Below, in pieces: positions 13,127-24,754 of a DNA stretch of 64,000 bases (its first letter is position 1; each line of letters opens with the position of its first letter). The notes beneath the pieces are model-generated. The model searched no databases. It worked only from the letters and a program-made list of their open reading frames with translations, and was not told the DNA's origin. Source of the stretch: Felis catus (Eukaryota); the NCBI RefSeq assembly GCF_018350175.1, contig NC_058382.1, forward strand, positions 53,012,001-53,076,000, in the 5' to 3' direction. The position numbers and the translations under genes are program-made.

Positions 13127-13339
13127 AAAAATTGTTTTTAGTGTATATTTATCTTTGAAAGAGAGAGAGACAGAGTGCGAGCAGGGGAGGGGCAGAGAGA
13201 GAGGGAGACCAGAATCCAAAGCAGGCTCCAGGCTCTGAGCTGTCAGCACAGAGCCCAACACGGGGCCGAACCCATGAACCGTGAGATCATGACCTGAACC
13301 AAAGTTGAAAGATTAATGGACTGAGCCACCCGGGCGCCC
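13127..13339 (-). mobile_element. Can-SINE
   Basis: Can-SINE body; degenerate TSD tcataaaagacttt (12829-12842) / tcatgacagacttt (13340-13353). Confidence 0.94.
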
Positions 13340-13558
13340 TCATGACAGACTTTTAAATACAGAGAACAAACTGACAGTTGCCGGAGAGGTATTGGGATGG
13401 GCTAAATGGGTGATGGGCATTAAGGAGGGCACTTACTGGGATGAGCACTGGGTCTTGTATGTAAGTGATAATCACTAAATTCTACTCCTGAAATCATTAT
13501 TATACTTTATGTTAACTAACTTGGATTCAAATTTTAAGAATTCATTAACTAAAAAAAA
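13340..13558 (+). mobile_element. Carnivore L1 3' UTR, 5'-truncated
   Basis: agagaacaaactga...gggtgatgggcattaaggagggcactt...gatgagcactgggt...ctaaattctactcctgaaa, then an A-tail. Confidence 0.9.
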
Positions 13559-13695
13559 TGAAAACTGGGTGCTTCATAACAGTAAGTAATAATTGTTAAT
13601 TGCTCCTTGGTGTGATAATGTTATCATGGGTACTGTTTTTTAAAAGTCTGTATCTTTCAGAGACACATTTAGAAACATTTACCGATGGAAAAAAA
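13559..13695 (+). mobile_element. Ancient L1M (L1MC/ME-type) 3' fragment; its left part lies near 12797-12825
   Basis: ttgttaatt...ggtgtgataatg...tatctttcagagacaca...gaaacatttaccgatgg resembles old L1M 3' UTRs. Confidence 0.6.
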
Positions 13696-14349
13696 TATCA
13701 AATAAAACCCGGGTCAGTTAAGTCTTATCAGGCTCAATTTCCCAAGAGTGATCTCCACGAGCACCAATCCCACACATCAAAATAATGCCCAAGTGCCAAA
13801 CTCCGGGCCTGTGCTGGGTCTGCCTCTAATAAGCCAAGTGACCTTGGATGAGTCACTTGGTCCCCTTTGGCCTCTAAATTAAGCAAGTGGACATGATTAT
13901 TTCCATGCCCATTCTGTGTGCTTCTTAGGCTGAGTGATGTCAGTTGCCTGGGTCTGGTGGGGCAGTTTTCTGTACAAGGGTTCTTTGATAAACTATAAAC
14001 TGTGACTGATACGTATTTTCCGATTTGCCTGGGTTTAGATATAATCATCACAAACTTTTCTGGGGGGGAGAAAAGTCCTGATATTCAGACTTCGTAGTGT
14101 TTATTTGTTTAGCCATGGAACCTTTTCTTCAAATGAAATATTCCCAGATGACGAATTTACAAAACCTTTAAAGGGAGCAGCTCTCGTGTAAAAGAGAGCC
14201 AAGAATCCCCAAAATAGCATCTTTTGGAAACTTCCTGGTCTAGGCCATCCTAGCCAGCATAAATCTAACAAGACTGAAAGAAATGTTTAGTAAGGCAGTG
14301 ATTACGTGAAAAGGGCTGAACAGTAAATAAGAAAAAAGACAAAAACAAC

Positions 14350-14610
14350 AGTGGGCCATTAAGTATCTGTGTCCTCAGTCTATAGCATGACAACAGCCAC
14401 AGACAATCCAGAAAAGAATGGATGTGGCCCAGTTCCCGTAATACTTTAGAGGCACACGTGTGAATTTCACATACTTTTCAAGCGTCACAACATATTCTCC
14501 CTCCTTCCCCAACCACTTGAAGAGGGAAAAACTGTTCTTAGTTGGTGGGCCCTGTAGAAACAGGTGGCAGGCTTGACCTGGCACGTGGGCCCATGGCGTG
14601 TGGACCCCTG
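14350..14610 (+). mobile_element. MER58-like hAT-Charlie element
   Basis: gccacagacaat...gaatttcacatacttttca...aaacaggtggcaggc...gacccctg terminus. Confidence 0.75.
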
Positions 14611-15799
14611 TTGTAAAGCCTCGTCATTCACAGGAGACACCGAAAGGGGTCAGGAGCCTAATGTCGAGGCTTGCCTCTAACAGTTATCCTCTGCACATTC
14701 GTGGGAGAGCGATGTAAGCCTTGTAGGCCTCAGTTTCCTCAGATGCGAAAGGGGCATAAAATACAACCCAGGGGACCAGGGATATGTGGGGACTCTCGAC
14801 ACTTGCCACGCAGTATTGCAGTGAACCGAAAACTGCTCTAAAATATAAACTCTATTGTAAAGACCAACAAGTAAAGCCTATTTCGTGAGTTTATTGTTAG
14901 GATTGAGAGCGATGCGACCAGGAAAACTCTTAGCACCTGCCGGGCACTCTTAAACCGTTACTACTCAGCCCTCCTGGAAAACACAGCCCTGCCCTTCTCG
15001 GCCCCACTCCTGATTAACCTTCAAAGAGCTGTGACCCCGGCATGCCAGAGCCCCGAGCAACGAACTGGATCCTGGGCTGGTTTGGGCACAATGAGCTGAC
15101 CTAGAATCAGTGTGGATGAAACTCACAAGTGAACCCCCCCCCCCTCCCGCCGCCCATCTCATGACTGGCTGAACTCTGGGGCCTTTCCTCTGGGCGACAA
15201 GCTTGTTTTCCTTGTTCTGCAACTTTTCCCAAAGGTCTGGGCAGCGTTCGCTGAAGCATCTTTATCGCTCTGGCCTCCAACTCCTGCCCTGGTTTCACCA
15301 TCTTGGCAGCGAGATCTATATATAACCCGCTGCCGAGGTCGCCGTGGCCTCCCTCCTCCAGCCACGTCCCTGGGAGGTGGGGGTTGCATACACACACTGA
15401 TACTACTCCTTACTTTCCCACTCCTTACCCTAGGCCCCCGAGCTGCTGCTTCTCCGTGCATCTCTCTGTCCTTGAAAGGTGGAGCCTCCCATTCCTGGCC
15501 TGGCCACGCCCAGCCTGTCCCGTGTGGCGGACCCCGGGTCTGGGCTGCTTCCCACTCTGAGTCCTGTTAAGTTGCTTCTGACCCCTTTACTGGGATCACC
15601 GAAAGATGCCCGGGGATTCATCTCCTTCTCTCTTCTCTCCCCCAGACCCCACCAGAACTCCGCCCACGACGGCTGGCTCCGTGCATTCGAAATTCAAGGC
15701 ACACGCCTATCCCCAGTCAAGTTCATCGCGCCCCTCCCATATGGCTGGGGCATCTGTAGGATGCCTCCGCAAGCCTTTTAAAAATAACTCTGACTAAAC

Positions 15800-16260
15800 T
15801 TTCCTTTTTGTTTAAAAACTAAAGCGCATCCTTGTATATTTACATTATAAAAGTAACCCATACGCCTTATTCAAAGTGCAGAAAAGTTGAAGAGAAAAAT
15901 AATCAACCATGCCCTTATTCGGCATTTGGAAATGATTTCCTACTGAAGGATTTAGAGGTATTTCCGGGCGTAGAGTAGTGGATGCCGATATAGTCATTTA
16001 ACACAGTAGCACCAATATTTTTCCGTTATTACTCTCCTAGCGAGCATCACTCTATGACTTCATAATACTTCAACCAGGGATCACATTATGTTGTATTTAA
16101 TTGTCTCCATTTTATTGAACATTTGTTTCCAGAATCTACCACTATAAATAATACTCAAAACAACATATTTGTGCATAGATGCTTTTTATTGTATCTTCAA
16201 TTACTTATTTATGGGTGATTGCTGCCGATGGAATAGCTATACGAACATCTTAAAGGTAGT
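15800..16260 (-). mobile_element. Ancient L1M fragment
   Basis: AT-rich segment with ttattgaacatttgtttccag...ctataaataat...aacatatttgtgcataga, typical of antisense L1ME. Confidence 0.55.
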
Positions 16261-16783
16261 TATATATTTTTTTTAAGGAAACATGGTCAGGGTAGGTGTC
16301 GAATGATGCGCTCGGTACTGACATGCTGCCTTTTTCCGATGAGTCTAGAATCTCGGTCTTGGACTGCTCCCCCAGAATAATCCTCAAGAGAACTCCCGCC
16401 CAGTTCGCCACCTTGACACCAAAGCGTGCTCTTTCCTTGCCTTTCAGCTCACTTGCCCGCAAACTGTACCGGATGGACTGCACGGACCAACTTTTGTTCC
16501 AGAACACAAATACCAGCTCGAGCGTTTATCATCTCGCCTGACCTTTCCGAGTTCGTCAACTTGTCTCTGGACCTATGGCAAAAACTAACTGCTTTGTTTT
16601 AAGAAAAATTCCAAGAACGGAATCCCCAAATCGGCTCATGTGGTGCAGCCTTTCCCCCGGTAAGCGAAGCCAGGATATTGTACTGCTAATGCCTTTGGGA
16701 GGTCAGCCGTCACGCTGCTCTGGCCCCTTGTCTGCCACTGTTCGCTGGTCCGGTTTCGTGTGTCCTGAAAATATCTTCTTTCT

Positions 16784-16998
16784 TTTTAAAAAAATGTTTT
16801 CCATGTTTATTTACGTTTGAGAGAGAGATAGAGTGTGAGTGGGGCAGGGGCAGAGAGAGGGAGACAGAGCATCCGAAGCAGGCTCCGGGCTCTGAGCTGT
16901 CGGCACAGAGCCCGACGCGGGGCTTGAACCCACGAACTGTGAGATCACGACCTGAGCTGACGTCAGACGCTTAACCGACGGAGCCACCCTGGCGCCCT
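16784..16998 (-). mobile_element. Can-SINE
   Basis: Can-SINE body; degenerate TSD at 16767-16783 and 16999-17015. Confidence 0.96.
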
Positions 16999-18429
16999 GG
17001 AAATACCTTCTTTCTGAACGTACCGAGAGCTGGATTGTTTCCAGGCTTCCGGCATCCAATCAGGTAACTGCACACACACCCCCTCAAACACACCCGGCCA
17101 CGTCCAAGTATACGACTGACTTCTGCAAATGATGGGTTGACCTCAATCCCAGAAGGGTTGGCTTTTTTGCCTTTTCTGTCAAATTGCCTGACTGGCTCTG
17201 TGACACCAACCTGTAGCACTCCCTCTGTGGGACAGGTCTACGGTGTAAGATTCCGGGGCACGACGGTTATGAGAAGTGACTGGGGTGCCCTCTCTTCTCG
17301 CTTTGGGAGACAGCAACCTCCTGCATCAAGTGACAGCAGTGAAATTCGCTACCTGCCTCCTTTTCAGAATGAATAAAAACCTGATCCATCCAGAAAATCC
17401 ATTCGGAACTGATCTCCACGCTTTTATATTTAGGCAGCATTTACCTTACAGCAATATCAAATTTGCTTTACTGCCGGAAGGGGCCTTGGAGCTCATCTTG
17501 AGAGCCCGTTGGAGATTTTAGCTGGGGGTCACAGGCAGCCACACTTCTAAACTCTTGACTGATGGGCCGTCCTTGGTCTGGGGAAAAGATCATCTTCAAC
17601 TGTCGGTACAGATTTAAGGGGGGGTCGGGCAGCGTGGGAGGGAAGGGGGCCCTGCTTGGCCATTAGCCATGGCCTCTGGGCCTATGAAGATGGCGACTGA
17701 TGAGTGGTGGCTCCCTGTCCTCCTCACCTGTGGGCGGGAAGAGGACCCACTCCCCTGCAACAGTTTGCTGTCAGAGGTGCATCTGTCAAGGGCTCTGCGT
17801 GGCACTGGGCGCGAGAGTGGACCAGAGCTGAGAATCATTATCATCGGCTACGCGGATCCCCTGGTGACCGCAGTGGCCAAGAGGATGATGAACGTAGGCG
17901 GGTCACCCCCCGCCCCCAAACCGGGAGCATCCATTTCACTCGCACTTTACAGGTGAGGACGATGAAGGGCAGGTGACTTGATGGCCGACCTGAGGTCATG
18001 TTGGGACTCAAACTCAGCCCTCTTGACCCCCAGCCCGGTTCTTTCTGTTCCCCTGCACTGCCTGCCAAACATTCAGGCCACCATCCCGCCCTGCAGACGA
18101 GGACACACCGGGAGGCAGCAGAGTAGCTGGTACAAAGACCGACAAGTCACGCCCCCAGCGTGAGGTCGGAACCACGGACGTGGGTCTCTGGCCAAGGACG
18201 GCTGGGTTTCCCTGGCGACCTGACCACCCTTTCTGAGTTCCGGACGCCGCTTCCCGGCTCTGTTCAACAATGCCCAGCGGACCCAGGGGTTCGACGCACC
18301 ATTCCCCACCAACCGTCTGGAGGAAACTTTGACAACACGCGTGTGAGCCTTAAAAATATCTCCCCATCGGCGCTCACATGAGTCTACACATGAGATAAAA
18401 TGTCATAGAACATTAAAAAAAAAAGCGCA

Positions 18430-18625
18430 CGTAAAAACTGTCGCAATCTGAATAAGGTCTGTAGTTGGCGAATAGTATCGCACCGATGTTCATTTCCTGA
18501 TTTTGCTAGTGCACTGTGGTTATATAAGATACGATCGTTGCAGGGAGCTGAGACCTTTCTGTACTATTTTGGTTGCTTCTTGTGACTCTAAAACTATTTC
18601 AAGATAAAAAAAAAAAAAATTAAAA
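18430..18625 (+). mobile_element. L1MC-type 3' end
   Basis: aatctgaataaggtctgtag...tttcctgattttg...ctgtggttatataaga...ctgtactatttt...ctaaaactatttcaa, then an A-tail. Confidence 0.7.
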
Positions 18626-18789
18626 ATGCAAGTCCCCGTGCCTTGCCCCATCCTTCCAGCAATTATCCTAAGGAAATAAAGATGTGTACAGAAACAGTCC
18701 TAACATCTACCGTAGGAAGTTTTAAAGTAAATTCTCATCCAGCTAGTCGCTGGAGTACTGAGCTTAAGTCGCCCTGTGCGGAGGACGGT

Positions 18790-18995
18790 GGTTACAGTGA
18801 GGGGCGAAGGCGGGCTCTGCAACGTTGGACCTGTGGGACCGTACGTGAGCTACTTAGCATCTCTGTCCTTGGACTCCTCATCTGTGAAACGAACATAAGG
18901 TCTACCCCGTCGCATTGTTTGTGTTGAATCTACACATGCAACGCATGTGTGGAACAGAACCTGGCAACTTGATGTGCCCAATAAACGTGAACAAT
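18790..18995 (+). mobile_element. MIR fragment
   Basis: ctacttagcatctctgtccttggactcctcatctgtgaaa core. Confidence 0.65.
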
Positions 18996-19266
18996 TATGT
19001 TAAAGAGCATTAATGATACGAGAAAATGTTGCTATTAGTGAAAATTGGAGGCTATAAAACTATATGTAAAATATCGATGTTCTTTTTGAAGGGCACAGAG
19101 ATGCACGAGGTCACGACTGGTCGGTCTTCCCAAATGTATTTCCAAAAAGAATTCAATAGCACTAGGGGTTTGAACTTCTTAGATGAGGATAAAAGGTGAC
19201 CCTTGGATAAAATGAGAGGAGACGTGATGTTACCTCAGCCGCTCCGTGCTTAAAACTTAAGTTACT

Positions 19267-19484
19267 GGGGCACCTGGGTGGCTCAGTAGGTTAAGCGTCC
19301 AACTTCAGCTAAGATCCTGATCTCACTGTCCTTGAGTTCGAGCCCTGCGTCGGGCTCTGTGCTGACAGCTCGGAGCCCGGAGCCTGCTTCGGATTCTGGG
19401 TCTCCCTCTCTCTCTGCCCCTGCCCCGCTCATGCTCGGTCTCTCCCTCCTTCAAAAGTAAACAAACGTTAAAAAAATTAAATTT
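19267..19484 (+). mobile_element. Can-SINE
   Basis: Head at 19267; gttact on both flanks. Confidence 0.95.
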
Positions 19485-20560
19485 AAAAAGGTTACTTCGA
19501 CACTGCCCGTGAGGCCCAGACGTCAGTTTCGGGGATGCCCTTACTTCGGTAAGAAAGAAGGGGTGCATGTAACCCTCTGGATGCACGGTTATTGGTTATT
19601 TGCTATTGCTACTCTCAGTGTTACCTATGAGCTCTGGGGGCCCCAAGCGCACACGGTCTGCCCATAAAACATGTGCCACGCTCCAGAGACTGGTAAGATG
19701 CAGTGTTCAGGGAGCTGGCCCTGGCAGGACGGGTCAGTCACCTGCTCCTTGGAGACCAGGGCCTGCCCCAGCCTCCACACTCCCATCCCCGTTCCCGGCC
19801 AAGGGACACAGGCTAGCGAAGGGGGGCTGCCCTCTGCGCTGCTCAAGGGAGACGCTTCTGGGGCCCAGTCCCATTTCCTTGGCTTTTACGCTGTCCTCTT
19901 TTCTCCTGTAATTGGGCCAGCCCACAGTGGCTGGGCTTCTCTCCTGGGGCCTGGTTGTTCTCATGAAGGTCTCCCATGGGCACTTGTGGGCACTCAGGCC
20001 GCCTATTCATCCTTGTCCGGGGTTCTGGCTCCTTCTCTAACCCTATCAATGACCCTCAGCAGGCTCTGGAAAAGGAACAAGGGGATGCCAGGCCCTCGGG
20101 GTGCAGAGGAATTTAGGGGTCAGGCCCCCGCATGGCTGCAGTGGTGAGTTAGGCCAAGCAGGAACACAGAGAGCTTGTGTGATCTAAATAGACACCCCCT
20201 GTCCCTCCAGGAAGCTGCCCCCGCCCTGGCAAGAAGCCCCTTTCCAACCCAAGGTCTTCCAGCCTGGGTAAGGCCCAGATTCAGTCTGCCAACCTGGTGT
20301 CCCTTGGCCAGAGGAGTGGAGAGGAGAGGGGGACACAGCCTCAGAGCTGACTCCCCATTCCTGGAGGACCCCAGCATCCACCACAGCACGCCAAAGGGAG
20401 GGAAACCCCTCAGATCCCATTTTGGAGGGTTCAAGTTTCTCTCCATTCTCTACCCTCACAGGCACCCCCTAACTCCTGGGACGAGAGCCTACTTGGGGCA
20501 CTTGTACACTTCAAAGTCACCAGCGGCTTTCCAGGGTATTTGGAATAAAAGCCGAGTCTT

Positions 20561-20773
20561 GGGGCACCCTGGGTGGCTCAGTCAGTTAAGCGTCCAACTT
20601 CGGTTCAGGTCATGATCTCGCGGTTTATGAGTTTGAGCCCCACACCGGGCTCTGTGCTGACAGCTCAGAGCCTCCAGTCTGCTTCCGATTCTGTGTCTCC
20701 CTATCTGCCCTCCCGCACTTGGGCTCCGTGTCTCTCTCTCTCTCTCTCTCAAAAATAAACATTAAAAAAAAAA
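20561..20773 (+). mobile_element. Can-SINE
   Basis: Head at 20561; TSD aaaagccgagtctt / aaaagccaaatctt. Confidence 0.96.
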
Positions 20774-20784
20774 AAAAGCCAAAT

Positions 20785-21215
20785 CTTTACCAGGCCTACT
20801 GCTTCCTGCCTCCTCTTGATTTGCCCTCTCCCTTCCTTGAGTAGCTCTGGTCCCTTTGGCTTCCTTTCTGCCCTTTCAATGTATCAGTCTCCTTCCCAGC
20901 ACAGGGCCTTTGCACATGCTGCCCCTACTCCCGGACAACTTGTCTCTCCTACCTGTCTCCCCACCTAGCAGCATGGAGCCCTGTCCTTCAGGTTTTATCA
21001 CCTCAGAACTTCACCGGGGCCCCGCAAGGTCACCCCTTTCTTCACAGTCCGGGTCACAACACGTAACTGTACGACGTATGTGTTTGTTTGATTGGTGCCT
21101 ACTCCCCTGCACCCTCCCCTTCCTGGGGGGTGGGCTGCAAGACAGCTGAGTCTGTCGAACCATCCACACATCTCCCCAGGGCTACGAACAGGGCAGAGCA
21201 CGCAGTAGATACGGA
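20785..21215 (+). mobile_element. L2 fragment
   Basis: Contains cagggcctttgcacatgctg, an L2 hallmark, in pyrimidine-rich context. Confidence 0.6.
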
Positions 21216-22206
21216 AGGAAACAATGGAAGAAAGAGGTTTCCCTCGGTGGCTCTTTGTTGCACAGGAAAACCTCCTTCCCTAGAGAAGGTGGTGCCTGTC
21301 CTGGGGCCTTGGGACCAGGGTGGGGGGTACCGGTGCCTCTGCCCTGGCCTCTGGCTGGCAGCATGGGAGGACCCTATCGCTGTGATCCGGTGGGTTGGCT
21401 CCCAGCTCCCGTGGGCCTCCCCACCCGGCCTGGGGCACCTCGGGGCCCAGGCGAGGGGAGGTAAGACTCGACTGGGGCAGGGACAGTGGGAAGGAGCAGA
21501 GGGGACAGTGTGAAGAAAGCACGAGCTACCCAGAGGAGGCAGGTTAACGCAGCCAGACTGAGGAAACGGCCTCCCTGCAGACCGTCCCAGCGAAGGTCAT
21601 GCTACCTGCCCTGCCCTGGAAGAGAATCTCCTCACTCTATGCATGTTTTCATCTCTAGGCGGAGAAGAACCGGGGGAGGGCATGTACTTTCTAAATGACT
21701 TGTTTCTGTAGAATTATTCATTTCGAACTTCTCAAAAGAGCCAACACTGTCCGAAAGATGCCGAGGAGGTGATAACAGGGAGGGGCCGGGCATCCTGCCC
21801 GCCCCCCAACAAGGCACCGCCCATAAACACTGAGGTTTGGCCGAGAGCCTGAGTAGGACCGCAGAGGCCCAGGCAGGCTGCTGGGCTAGGTGGGGTGATG
21901 CGGTCCAGTCCTCCGTGGCCAGGCCTCTAGTTGTGGGGGGTGGGGAGGCAAAAATGTAGGTGGCATGGCCCCAGCCTTAAAGGGCCCAGGCGGAGGGGCA
22001 GGCACGAGATGAATAAAGCACAAAATTGGCTGAGAAGGGCAACTGCAGACATGGCCCAAGCTACCCAGGTTTAACCCTAATGGGGACAGGGGACCAGGGG
22101 TCAGGGAAGATGACGTCCTGGTGGACTTGGAACAAAAAAGGTGGTTTAGCCAGCGGCTTATGTGACAAGGGTGGTCCTGGCAGAAAAAAATTAACAGGTT
22201 AAGGCA

Positions 22207-22471
22207 GTGGGAAGCGGCGTGTGCATTGTGGGCAAATGGCCCGGAGCATTGTGGGAACTACAGGCCCCAGGGCATGGTGGGAAAATGGCGTGAAGCAATG
22301 TGGGAGCTGCGGGCCACGCGCAGGAGGGCACCAGTGCATTGTGGGAACCGTGGGCCAGGCGCTTTGAGGGGACCGGTGCCTTCTGGGTGCTATGAGCATA
22401 GGGAATTGTGGGAATCCTCTGCACAAATTCTGGAATAAGGGGGTGGGGTAGGTGGGCTGGAAAAGTGGGAA
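22207..22471. promoter_or_regulatory. Homotypic cluster of ZNF143/Staf-type (SBS) motifs overlapping RBPJ-type GTGGGAA
   Basis: Seven co-oriented GCATTGTGGG-like words plus ACTACAGGCCCCA. Binding is inferred, not shown. Confidence 0.5.
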
Positions 22472-24754
22472 GGGTTATTTTGTACAATTGGGGTTTTCCT
22501 GCCCCTTTTTCTCTTATTTGGGTTTCCTCTTAATAGTTAAGAGGAAGTTAGTTAAAAGCCTGCATGCACTTGACTCTTTTGTCTAATTTTTATCATCTGT
22601 TTTTCCACCAGACAAGAAACTCTAAGAGGGCAAGGATTTTGCCACTTTTGAACTCTATCCCCAGTACTGCTGGGCACATAGGAGGGGCTGATGGTCATCC
22701 TCCGGCGACATTGCCCGGGGAAGGTAGCATCATTGCCTGATAGCCTTAGATGTCTGCAAATGTTCATTTTATTACTTATGTTAAAAAACCCACACTCGTC
22801 TAATAGTCAACTGACATCCAATCTGTGACTTCACGGATGATAGTGCTTGGAGTAAGGCCAAGTGGGGGGCGGGGGAAGCGAACTCTTTTGAAGAAAACCT
22901 TAGGTGTAACCGAGGACAAGGTCCAGGTGGGAAACAACCCACCCCACCCAAGACTGACAAGACCAGATGGATATTCTGGAAAGGGGACTCAGGCAGCAGT
23001 CCGGCATGCCAGGATAAGGGAAAAGGGTAGAGAGGCTATTCTAAGGGGCCCGAAGACAAAGTGCGTGCTGAGCCAGTGTTGTGTGGTGAGGGGCAGTGGG
23101 ATGGAGGGAGCTGGCAGACCCTGATCGGGTGTGGAAGCTGGGGCAGGGTAGGCGGTACCGTGGCTCCCACCCTTATCTGTCTCAAGACTTAGCCCAGGAC
23201 CTCCCACATAGTAGGTGCTCAGCAAATACGCCGTGAGGGACCCTGTGAGTGGATGGATGAATCGCTGCGAGCCTCCTCACTCATAATCCGCAGGGGTTTC
23301 TCATGCCCCCCTGGAGGGGGGCAATTAGAAAAGGGTCAGGGGGCGTTGTAGAGGGTTGGCCAGCCCCCCAGGGCTCCACAGGCGCAGGGGAACTGGCTTC
23401 TTGCCATCCCTCGGGGGCTTGGCAGACTGCCAGGTTCACAAGATGGGCAGGTCCCACAGCAGACTGGGAAAGTGGTAAGGGCAGGGCCTGGCCTGAAGGA
23501 CAATTTCTTTGACACCCCCATTAGCCCTGTCTAGGGCTGAGAGGGCCGGACGAAGCAGCTTCGCTCCTGGCAGGGGAAAGGGGGAACCAAGGACCCTGTT
23601 TCTCCTTTGGTTGCTCACACGGACCTGCCAGGAGCCATTCCGGATTGGCTGCAGGAAACGTTCTATATACATATGGGAGACTCCGTGTCTCTTCCTCCCA
23701 GGACGGGCGAGGGCGGCAGATGTTTCTCTAGAGAGAAAGCAGTTCCCCTCGCCCCCATCCTGCAGTCAGAATAGCAATGCAAGGGGACTAACGTTTGCGG
23801 GGTTCCTTCTACGCACCACGTTCCACTACAGCGTCAGCTTTCCGCGTTAGGATGTCATTGTCATGGTAACAATGCAGGACGGGTGTTTTTCGCAGAGGAA
23901 GCCTCTGAGGTTTGGAGAGCTGAGCTCCGTAGCTACGGCCATGCAACCAATACGTATCAGAACTGGAATTTGAACCTGGCTCTCCAACATTCTACAACTC
24001 GTGTTCTCTCGAATACAGCCTTTGGCTCTGTTCAAAATAGTCCTCTGGGCTCTGTGCCTAAAGCAATAGAAGATGTAGACCAAGGACATCAGACTGGGGA
24101 CAGAAATATTCCGGGACATTTTTGTGGCTGAATGCTCTGGACCTAGGGGGAGAAAGCCTTCAGACAAATCTGGTAAGACAAGGGCCTGGGCAGACATCTC
24201 CTCTGTTCGTCCCACCCAGCGGGAAGGGTGCTCCAGGCAGAAGGCAGAGCATGTGCCCAGGCCTGGAGAGGCGAGAGCGGAAGTGCGTTCGCTGCTGTTA
24301 GAGCAGAACAAGCAAATGAGGCATCGGGAGGAGGTGTGGCCAGGGGGCTGGGCTGGATTCCTGGACCCTTACCGTCAAACTCTTTCTGGAGTAGACTTCT
24401 GCCCTGAATCAGGCCATTCTCCTGGGTGCCCTGGAAAACGATCCGGTGACCGCGCTGTCCAGAGCGCCTCTGACGGTAATGAGGCTCAGCCCGGAGACCA
24501 TCCGAGTGGGTGACAGACTCCCAAATATCAGAGGCTGGCATACTTCCTCTACAAGCCAGTGGGTACACGGTATCGAAGAGAAGGGAAAAAAATAATCGTA
24601 GCAGTGTCTGAAGAACTTAGACACGGCGTCTTGCTCTCTCGTAATGTATGTTTCAAGCAGCCGAAGGAGTAAAAAAGTCAGATTCACACGTCTCCTGCTG
24701 CTCGTGCAAAGAAAAGGAGTGGAAGTTCCAAGGCAGCCATTTCACCCGTAAGAT

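Noticed and set aside
15107..15301. Minus-strand ATG in good Kozak context (gccaagATGG) just after a TATA-like box
   Set aside because: The ATG is under 25 bp from the box, so it would lie upstream of the expected start site; the short peptide is unrecognisable.
17940..17965. Strong splice donor cag|gtgagg
   Set aside because: It is part of a MIR core (tttacaggtgagga), and I found no coding exon upstream.
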